Made by a program: the position numbers and the translations under genes. Shown piece after piece: positions 38,107 to 47,900 of a DNA stretch of 64,000 bases. The notes below the pieces were generated by a model. It saw nothing but the letters and a program-made list of their open reading frames with translations, was not told the DNA's origin and did not search any database. Origin of the DNA: Camelus dromedarius. Lineage: Eukaryota. Each line of letters starts with the position of its first letter. Positions within the stretch are counted from its first letter, which is position 1. The DNA lies in contig NC_087455.1 in assembly GCF_036321535.1 (NCBI RefSeq), forward strand, positions 1,302,001-1,366,000, written 5' to 3'.

Positions 38107-39503
38107 TCATCAAGAGAATCAAACAGACATTCTGAAACAGAAAAAATATCTAACAGCAAAAAACTCACTGGAAGGGATGCACAGCCAAGCAGACGCAGTG
38201 AACTACAACAGTGCAAAATGTGAAGACAGGCCCACAGGAAACACCCAAACTGACTCCCAGAGAGAGAGAAACAAGGGAGTGAACAGCACTGGGGAAACGA
38301 GACCCACAAACGAGAGTCCGACAGCCGCCATCCGCCGAGCCAGAGTCCTAGGAGGAGAGGACGGAGAAACAGACGCACATCTCTGAAGAGACGCTGGAGG
38401 ACACAGCCCGCTCCCAGGATGAGCGCGGGGCATCAGCCCACAGCCCACAGAGCTCAGGGCGGAAGGGCCCAAGCAGAAGAGACATGAGGAAGACCAAACT
38501 CAGACGCACCGCAGCTGAACCGTGGGAAACGACGTTTAACCAGTGAGAGCTGGAACGCCTCCCAGTGGAAAGCCAGGCGCAACTTAAGGCAGCAACAGTC
38601 CCACCGACTGCTGGTCCTTCAACACAAACCACGAGAAACAGAAAGCCTCAAGGACAATCACGCCTAAATGCTGTAGAAAGAAGACACCTGCCACCAAGAC
38701 TTCTATTCTACTTAAGGGAAAATATACTTAAAAATGAAGACAAAATGAATATGGTTTGATGCAAAAAAGGTTCGGAAGCCTCCTTATCAGCAGATCTCAC
38801 TACGAGAAACACTGACCGTGCAACAGGTTTAGACATAAGAGACACGACATCCAGAGCCCAAAGCCGAGGTAATGGGACTGAGATGCAGAAACAGCTCCGT
38901 TAGTCTCAGCCAGAGAAGACTTCAACATAAAGAGTCTCTCAAGAGATAAAGGGGTGTGGAGAATTCATGTCCATCAGGCATTTTTGGAAACACAAGTCAG
39001 GGCACTGTTTCTACTACAGCCATCTTATGCAAGAGAATCAGTCACTTCACCTGTTCGGAAATTAAGAACACAATTTCAAATAATCAACACCCCCACGCAC
39101 CCTCCCGATTATTCCCAGTAGAAAACACAAAATAGTTCGGGCAGCATGATAATAGACATATTACAAGTCAAAACCAGAGCAAAATAGCCTCAAGCCCTGG
39201 CAGGAAAAGGAGGGCTGACAAGCATAATTAGAAGTGCACCAAGACTGAAGACTTAAGAATCGCCCTTCTCACGTTAAAAAACCAGGAAAGCGACACCAAA
39301 CTCAACCAAAACACAGGGGCCCCGGAGAACAGAAAGCAGAAGCTGGAAGGTGGGGAGTCTGCCGCGTGGCAGGTGGGGGCTTGGGGACCCCGGAGTGGTA
39401 CTGCAGATGGAGGCGCTTTGGGCTTTGGATGTCTGGCACCAGCGGGATCCCGGATCCGTGCTCCAGGGCATCACGGCTGAACCCCAGGCCCAAAACCACT
39501 GAC

Positions 39504-39560
39504 CTGAGGGCTAGCAGGAGCCTGCAGGACTGCCCCCCCACCCCGCCTGCGCCCCGCCCA
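39504..39560 (-). other. GML: Putative non-coding exon 1 of GML (donor CCTCAG|GTCAGT, exon 3' end 39504; start approximate)
   Basis: Coding exon 2 begins only 2 nt before the ATG (acceptor at 35350-35351), so an upstream exon is required. This donor is at the edge of the nearest CpG island and is conserved in a diverged paralogous copy at 59430. Confidence 0.55.
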
Positions 39561-40432
39561 GACAGCTGGACGCTTCCCCCGCCCCCCTCCGGCCCCGGCC
39601 CCGGCCCCGGCCCCACTGCCCCACGGCCCCCACCCCCACCGGCTCCCACCCCCGCACGCCCGAGTCCCGCCCAGGCTTTCTGGAACCTTCCCCCACCCCC
39701 TCTGTCCCCTCCCGCCATCCCCGCCCCCACCCTGTTTCCCGCCCAGGCTTTCTGGAACCTTCCCCGTCCCCCAACCCCTATCCTGCCCAATCCTCTGGAC
39801 GCTTCCCCTGCACCCCTCAGTCCCCATCCCCCACCGGCTCCCACCCCCGCACGCCCGAGTCCCGCCCAGGCTTTCTGGAACCTTCCCCCACCCCCTCTGT
39901 CCCCTCCCGCCATCCCCGCCCCCACCCTGTTTCCCGCCCAGGCTTTCTGGAACCTTCCTCCGTCCCCCTGCCCGACCCAGTTCCCCGCCCCGAGCTTTGT
40001 GACCTTCCGCGGACACGACCTCGAGGGCCCGCACAGCCGGTGTGGCGCGGGGAGCCGCAGGTGGGCGCGGGGAGGCCGGGCGGGCTCCAGGCCCCGTTCT
40101 CTCAGCCGCAGGTCGGACGGGCGTCTCCCGACAGGCTTCGCGCGGCTTCCGGAAGGTTCGGCCTGGTCTCGGGGCGGCCCCGTTCCCCAGAGGCGCTTCC
40201 CTGAAGGGCCCTGCTGCAGGGGAGGTTCCAGAAGGTCTGGGCGGGAAACGGGGTTGGGGGGGACGGTGGGAGGGGACAGAGGGGGTGGGGGAAGAGTCCA
40301 GAGGTCTGGGCGGGACAGGGGTGGGGGAGGGGGAAGACAGTCCCAGAAGGTCTGGGCAGGACATGGGGAGAAGGGGAACTCCAGAGAGAACCTCTGGGGG
40401 AGGTTCCAGAAAGCCTGGGCAGGACTGGGGCA
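39561..40432. repeat. GC-rich minisatellite blocks in opposite orientations (39561-39960 C-rich; 40219-40432 G-rich) around a CpG core; unit core CCCGCCCAGGCTTTCTGGAACCTTCC
   Basis: The repeated core is directly visible, with a 195-bp higher-order period (39636 vs 39831). Confidence 0.9.
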
Positions 40433-42561
40433 GTGGAGAGGACTTCAGAGTGACCACGCCAAATGCTGGACAGGATACAAAGAAACCAGGTTGTTCCCGC
40501 ATTGCTGGTTACATGAAAAAATGGCGCAGCAGGTGTGTAGAACAGAGTGCAAGTTCCTTTAAAAACTGCTTATGCAATTACCATGAGATTCCCAAATCCA
40601 CTTCTGGGTGATTTCCCCAGAGACACTGAAACTGTGTCCACACAGAACACATCCATGGATGTTTACGGCAGCTTTATCTGAAATGCTCGGGAGAAAAACC
40701 CAGATGTCCTACAGTAGTGTGCAAACCACAGCACTCTCTCACGGAGGTGAGCTGCTCAGCAGGAAAAGCAAAAGTATTGCTGGACGTCCTGAGTTGACTG
40801 AATGCCTAGGGACTCATTCTTAATGACAAATGACACTCCACCAAGGTTACATAACACACTGTTCGTTTTGTATACCATTATAGGGATGACAAAGTTGCAG
40901 AAACGGACACCAAATCCATATCGCAGGGTCGCACTGTCTGGGGATCTGGGCGGGAAAGAGATTGATGCGTCCTTAGGAGGGATGATTGTGGGGCCAACAC
41001 CATTCTCTCCCCTCGCTTGGGGAGTGACACTAACCTAGTTAGTTGTGATACTATAGTTTTGCAAGATAGTGTCAGTGGGAATGACTGAGGAAAGCACACA
41101 CAGGATCTTTCTGTGTTTTGTGCCCATATATTTGAATATACAAACATCTCAAAGTAAAACGTTTAATGGAAAAGAAATTTTTAAACAACCAGATCATTAC
41201 TTGCATTACTATTTAAATGGCTACAGTTAGGAACCCAAGATTTTTGGGATAGACAAAAGATAGTACGTTCTCTTTACTAGAGGCGTGCTTTAAAATAAGG
41301 ACATGACAAGATTGAAAAAAATATATAGAAAAGGGTCTACAATTTGAATGCTGCCCAAGGGACTCTTACACACACACTGAGGCTAAGTAAACATTAACAC
41401 AAGAGCGTTACTTATGTGAAGAACCACATTTTGTAGAGGTGAAGGAATAAAATAGATACCACAGTCATCACAATCTAAATCCACACGTACCTGATAGCAC
41501 AGGATGAAAATACCTTGGTAGAACTTAGGTTCTAGGTACTGTGGGCAAAACAAAAACAAAAACTAAAACAGTCGCATAGTTGTCATAAACTCATCTGTCT
41601 CCATGGATTCTGGACCCTGAAGCAAGGAGACAGAATTTATTGTAGCCCTGGACTACGGTCACCATCGTTCCTCTGAAAAGACCAGACAGTAAATGTCTTC
41701 AGCTTCAGAGGCTGTCCAGTCTCTGTCACTCCTACAAAACGTTCTCTTTGTGGGGCTGGAACCAGACACAGAGGATGCGTAACCGTACGATCGTCCCTAT
41801 GATCCAGCAAAGCTTCCGTCACCGACACGTTGGTGGCCTGGGCTGGTCCCACAGGCTCTTGTCTGCCAGCCCCTGCTACAGACGGTCTGAGCAACACTTG
41901 CCCAGCGTCGCCAGCCCTGGCACACACCTCGTGAGACTCGCACGTCCCCCACCCCACCCCCAAGACAAGGACAAGAGTACTCGCTGCAGCACCCCCTGGG
42001 CTCGATAAAACCCAGAAGCAGCCCCGTGTCCATCCGCAGTGAAGTGAGGTGTGTCCATCGGTGGAAAGTACGCAACCGCGAGAGGGAGCGCCGCGCGGCC
42101 TCGCCAGGGGCAGGGCCGGACCGCACAGAGCCCCGCAGAGAAGAGGCGGCAGACGCAAAAACGAGCAGCGCGGGTGGATTTCCTTTCCGTTGATTCAAAA
42201 GCAGGCCGAGTCACGTGGAGGCTCGGAAAGCCGGGCGCTTCCTCCTCGCCTCTGGCCGTGGCGCGTCTCGTGCCTGAGTCGAGGAACGGAGGGAGGAATG
42301 CGGGGCTTTCCACCCAGGCCTGCTTCTCGAGCAGGATGCTGCTCTGCGGTTACGTGCGCTTCGGGAGGGTCCGTGAAGCTGTCGCCCTGCGATTGTGCGC
42401 TTTTCTGTAGAATGTGGGTCTTTAGCAAGCTCTTTGGCACAAACGGAAAATCAAGGAAAGCAGGTGCCTGGGGCGCAGCCGTCAGCACTTTCTGAGGCAG
42501 GTGAGGCCGCCCGAGTGGGTAGGTGCCCCCGGTGAGCTCCGGGAGGAGGTGTCTGTGTGAG
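39607..42561. repeat. Inverted segmental duplication, left arm (partner 56587-59345)
   Basis: Mirror ORFs with coordinate sum 99147 (e.g. 41637..42158- and 56989..57510+; 40042..40611+ and 58536..59105-). The left arm carries one extra 195-bp VNTR macro-unit. Confidence 0.95.
39677..40160. promoter_or_regulatory. Cluster of five perfect three-pentamer heat-shock elements (39677-39691, 39749-39763, 39872-39886, 39944-39958, 40146-40160)
   Basis: tTTCt-gGAAc-cTTCc occurs four times and cTTCc-gGAAg-gTTCg once, matching the HSF consensus. Function is not shown. Confidence 0.6.
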
Positions 42562-43445
42562 ACTGTGAGGCCCCAGGTTCCCCAACATGACTCCTGCATG
42601 AAAGTAGCAAATTTCTCACATAAAGTCTCAAACGGAAATTTCTGATGCGCCAGTAGCTCTTCCTCCTCCAGTGGTTGGAGATGTCATGTCCACGGTCTCC
42701 AGGCCAAGTAGCAAAGGGGAAGGAACACAGAGGGTCAGGACCATCAAAGACACACGTGGCCTCTGCCCTGGTTCTGCCGGATAAACTGGGCTGCAGGAGC
42801 CCGCACACTGCAGTCTGTGGGTATAGGAAGTGCCTGGCATGAGTTGATACACAGCCAAACTTGTCTGCCATATTTAGCATCTTCAAAAGACTAGAAGTAC
42901 TGTCTTTTAGTGAAAAAAACCCACTCCAGACCATGACCTTTGAAGTCAGAGGCTAAAGTAAATACATTGAGACCACTGATCTGACAACGTCTCTTCCCAC
43001 AGAAACTTCTTCACTGAAAGTTTAAGTAATGACCACTAGAAAAAGTGGAATTTATCTCTAGGAGAGTTTTCAATGTAGAAAAGAATAGTGAGCCCAGGAA
43101 ACATACACGTGTGAGTGAATGAAAACAACAAAATTCAAATCTACGAATGGAGTGTAAGAAACAAGAACGTTAATTAAAATGGCTGTAAAGGTTCTGCAGT
43201 TTTTGTGTGTTCGCTGAGACCTGGGCAGCGTGGCCCACACTGACGCACCAGCACACCAAGGGCAGGCTGTGACTCCCGGCTGCATCCTGGTCCAAGGGCA
43301 GCTCGTACACCACTTGGGGCTGAGGCCCACTGTACATCTCAGCCTTCCGAGGGGCCTTGGCAGTTCTGACTCACTGGCCCAACTGAATGAGGAGGGTGAG
43401 GAGCAGGGAATGAGTTAAATCAAAGTAATATTAGAAATGACAGTC

Positions 43446-44017
43446 ATATTCTTCACAATAGCCAAGTCATGGAAGCCACCTGAATGTCCACTGACAGATG
43501 ACTGGTTAAAGAAGCTGTGGTGTATTTATATACAATGGAACATATACTCAGCCACGAAAAGGAATGAAATAATGCCATTTTTAGCAACATGGATCTACAG
43601 ACGATCATACTAAGTGAAGTAAGTCAGAAAAAATAAAGTGTCATGTGATATCATTTACAGGAGGAATCTAAAAAAGTGACAGAAACGAACTTATTTACAA
43701 AACAGAAAGAGATGCACACACATAAAAAACAAACTTGTGGTCACCAGGGGGGAATGGAGGGAGGAAGTGATAAATTGGGAGTTTGGGATTGGCAGATACT
43801 AACTACTGTGTACAAAATAGATAAACAAGGTTCTCCTGTGCAGCACAGGGAACTATATTCAGTGGCTTGTAACCTGTAAGGAAAAGAATATGGGAAGAAA
43901 TACATATATGTATAAGTGAATCATTATGCTGTACACCAGAAATTAACATGTTGTAAGTCAACTAAACTTCAATTCTTAAAAAAATCAGAAAACAAAGAAA
44001 CAACAACAAAAAAAAAA
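43446..44017 (+). mobile_element. 5'-truncated L1 3' end with A-rich tail, 0.9-1.5 kb upstream of the CYP11B ATG
   Basis: Cetartiodactyl-type L1 3' UTR (CAGCACAGGGAACTATATTCAGT...GCTGTACACCAGAAATTAAC) ending in poly(A). Confidence 0.85.
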
Positions 44018-44556
44018 ACGCTCTGGGGACCCCCCCGCCTGAGGGCTGGCTCCAGCTATGTGCCTGCTGGAAAGGGTCCCTGGGAGAATGGGGAGCCCAT
44101 GCCCACCCCCATCACAGCCTTGATGGGTTCCTCTGGGAGGACAAGTTCTGGGGAGAGAGGAAGACGGGGCCCTGAACAGAGGCCCCAAGTCGGGCAGGCA
44201 GAGACCTGTCATTGTCTACCTGAGGAGCAGCTCACAGGCCACCCCACCAATGACCCCATCTCCTGGGTGTTCACTGCCCCTTAGCTGGACCAGCAAGGCC
44301 AGATACACAGGGCCTCAGCCACATCGGTGCCCTGGCTGCCCCAGTGCCACCCAAGTGGTGTCTGGATTCCCCTGACTGGCCCCAAGGCACCGAAACCCCC
44401 CCACCAGGAGGGGTGCTTGCTAGCTCCTGACCTCCCCGCCCTGCACCCAGCACAAGGCCTGGGAAGAGCAGACAAGACACACAGGGCGTCAGGAAATTGG
44501 GGCAAAGCCCTCCCCACTGCTTCCTCCTCTGGTCCTTGTAGAAAAGATGAAAATAT

Positions 44557-44869
44557 CCAAGGTCCCCATTCATCCCTTGATAAGATAAGGCACCTCTCCA
44601 TCTTGCTGCTTTCCCTCACGGGAGAGAGGAGGGAGGCCTCCTTACCCCACCCCGACTCTATTTGGCCCCATCCCGACCCACCCCTGCTCTCAGCAGCCAC
44701 CCACCGGCGGGTTGCGTCACTGCCAGACGAGGCAGCCGGCCATCTCTTTCATCCTCCCGCTGGACGCCTCCAGCCCTGACCGCTGCCCTGGGTTTCCTGG
44801 TCTGGCCAGGGACAGCTTCTCCTCTGACGTGATCGAGGCGGCCGGTCCAGCAAACTAGGCGAGATAAAA
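44557..44869 (+). promoter_or_regulatory. CYP11B1: CYP11B proximal promoter: Ad4/SF-1 site CCAAGGTC (44557-44564), Ad5-like element (44768-44787), Ad1/CRE TGACGTGA (44825-44832), GATAAAA TATA variant (44863-44869)
   Basis: The motifs are visible in the order and at about the spacing known for CYP11B promoters (Ad4 about -340, Ad5 about -130, CRE about -75 from the ATG). Confidence 0.8.
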
Positions 44870-44902
44870 GGACCGGGCCGAAAGGGGTGAGGGCGCACCA
44901 GC

Positions 44903-47900
44903 ATGGCGTTCCGGGCAAAGACCGCAGTGTGGAGGGCAGGGCCTTGGCTGTCCCTGCACAGGGCACGCACACTGGGCACCAGAGCTGCTCAGGCCCCCAA
45001 GAAGGTGCTGCCCTTCGAAGCCATACCCCAGTGTCCTGGCAACAAGTGGATGCGGGCGCTGCAGATCTGGAGGGAGCACGGCTCCGAGAACATGCACCTG
45101 GACATGCATCAGACCTTCCAGGAGCTGGGACCCATTTTCAGGTAAAGCTCTCCCTGAACACCTCAGCGAGAACACCCTGACTGGTGGTGGTCCCGCTGGC
45201 CGCGGAGTCCTGGCTGGGCTCAGGGTTCTGCCACATCCAGTCCTGGCGGGGAGTCTGGGGAATGGGGGAAGGGGCAGGTAGGGGGCTCCGCAGGGCTGGT
45301 CTGTGCCTTCAACCCTGGAGACCGTGGCTCTCCGTGGAAACAGAGCACTGTGCAGCTTGCTGCTGGGAGGACAGAACGCAGACACCAGAGGAGGAGAGGC
45401 TTCAGTGAGACTGCAGGAGGGACTGCCTGGTCTGAGCCAGCTGCAGGCCGTCTCTGCAGTGGGGCCCAAGGGAGGCCACATCCCCAGAGCAGGGCCTCGA
45501 GCTTTGTCCCACAGGTATGACGTGGGAGGGAGGCGCATGGTATTCGTGATGCTGCCCGAAGACGTGGCGAGGCTGCAGCAGGCGGAGAGCTTTCACCCTC
45601 AGCGGATGCTCGTGGAGCCCTGGCTGGCCTACCGACAGCACCGTGGCCTCAAACGTGGCGTGTTCTTGCTGTGAGGGCGGGTTGGGGTGCAGGGGGTGGG
45701 CAGTGGGAAGCGTGGATGCAGAGAGGAGGTGAGACAGGAGAGGCTCCAGCGCACACCCGCCTGGGGCCTCTCTAGGCAGGTGGAGAGAGGGTGACCGCCA
45801 GCTCCCGATGAGTGCCAGTCCCGAGGGGCTCAGGGGTGCCCCGGGCCGGGGAGGGGAGCAGGGGGCCTGGTGGGGACTCGAGCCAGGCCCTGTCCTCCAG
45901 GGAGAGGAAGAAGGCTAGGACTGCCATTCGGGAGCCCTCTCCAGCCTCCACAGGCCCCGAGGGGCTCGTGCACAGGTGGGACTTCTCGCCTTCTGCAGGT
46001 CAGACCCCCTGTAGGCCTGCAGGGAGCCCCCCCCACCCCCGTGGGCTCCGGGCTCTGTCCGGAGCCTGCTAGGAGAGCCCTGCTCTGATTCTCGCCCCGG
46101 AGGAGCGGAGGCTCTGTAGGGAGAGCAGCAGGTGGAACGGGCACGGGGCAGCGCACCCAAGCTGGGGATGAAGGTCTCCAGGGGCTGCTCCCGCTCCGGA
46201 CTGTGGGTGAGCGTCGGAAAAGCCTCCACCCCCAGAGAGGGAGACGTGGGTGCCAGGGGAGGGGCCTGCCAGTTTGCACAAACAGTGGGGCCCGGCAGCA
46301 GCCCGGGCCGGGGCTCCCGTCTCAGCCTGGGCGAAGTGCACGAGGCCCCCCTGAGGAAAGAGGTGCTGCCAAGGCCCACGCGTGGGCAGCCGGCCCCCCG
46401 AGAACCAGCAGGCGGCTTGCCGCCCCGCCCGCCTCCCGTCGTGGGGGGGCACAGGGCTGGGGCCAGCTGCTGGCTCCGGATGCCCTGACGCTCTGCGCTC
46501 TGCTCTACAGAAACGGGCCCAAGTGGCGCTCCGACCGGCTGCAGCTGAATCCGGACGTGCTGTCACTGCAGGCCGTGCAGAAGTTCGCGCCCCTGGTGGA
46601 CGAGGTGGCCAGGGACTTCTCCCAAACCCTGAGGGCGAGGGTGGTGCAGAACGCCCGGGGGAGCCTGACCCTGGACATCAAGCCCAGCATCTTCTGCTAC
46701 ACCATCGAAGGTGTGGGCGTGCAGCGGGGGTGCCGCTCAGAGGCTCGGAGTGGGCCGGGGCTAGGGCAGGGAGGGCTAGGGGAGGCGGCCAGGAGGCCCT
46801 GGGCTGCCTCAGGCTCAGGAACTGCCTCCTCCCTGCAGCCAGCAACTTAGTCCTTTATGGAGAGCGGCTGGGCCTCCTCGGCCACAACCCGAATGCTGAC
46901 AGCCTGAACTTCATCAGCGCGCTGGAGGCCATGTTCAAGTCCACAGTGCAGCTCATGTTCCTGCCCAGGAGCCTGTCACGCTGGACAAGCACCAGCATAT
47001 GGAAGGAGCACTTCGAGGCCTGGGACTGTATCTTCCAGTATGGTGAGGGCCGAGGATCCAGCAGCACTGGGACCAGGGACCCCAGGGCCCCCTCCACTCA
47101 CCACAGTCCAGGAGAGCAGAGGCCACGTGCCAGGGCTGGTGGCTTCTTTCTGGTCCCTGAGAGAGTGGGCAGGGAGGCTGGACTAGGCTGACCCTAAGAA
47201 CTGGGGGTGGCACACGGAGACCTGGGGCTTCTGAGGGCTGAAGGGCAGGAGGGTGACAAAGAGAAGTGCCCCCAGCCCCAGGCCCAGGGCCTCTGTCTCT
47301 CTGGGCCCCACAGCCAACAAAGCCATCCAGAGACTCTATCAGGAGCTGACCCTTGGCCGCCCGTGGCGCTACAGTGGCGTCGTGGCAGAGCTGCTCATGC
47401 ATGCAGACATGACCCTGGATGCCATCAAGGCCAACTCCATCGACCTCACTGCCGGGAGCGTGGACACGGTCAGGCCAGCAGCCAGCCCTTCCCGTAGAAC
47501 CGGGAGCCCTCCCCTTCCCATGCCAGACGGCTCGACCATGCCCCCTCCCCAGTCTGTGCCTCCAAAATGGCTAGACTTAGGCCTCAGCTTCTGAACTGAG
47601 AGGGGGAACATGGGCGCCAAGCCTCAGAGGGAAGGAGTTTGCAGCTCCTCCCGTGGGAAACCGTGCTCCAGGCAGAGTGCAGAGTGGATGAGGCCCAGGG
47701 GCATGCAGCTCCACAGACCCTGTGTGGATAATCTGGGTCCTGAGCCAACGGGGAAGGACCAAGGTGCAGCAGAGAGCTGCACGGGGAGACCCCCCAGTGA
47801 CAGATGACACTTAGCTCTCACCAAAGATCCTTTGGAGGGGACAGGCTGACGGGCAGGGCAGCATGGGGCTCCGGCTGGGGCGGGGGAGCAGGCGGCGGTA

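Noticed and set aside
39561-40432. Repeat-spacer appearance superficially like a CRISPR array
   Set aside because: The context is a mammalian genome, the spacers are themselves repeated low-complexity sequence, and there are no cas genes.
39302-40611. Long overlapping ORFs of 189-398 aa, and their mirrors at 58536-59706
   Set aside because: They arise from the stop-poor GC-rich minisatellite and CpG island. They are low-complexity Pro/Gly/Arg repeats open in several frames, with no recognisable domain.
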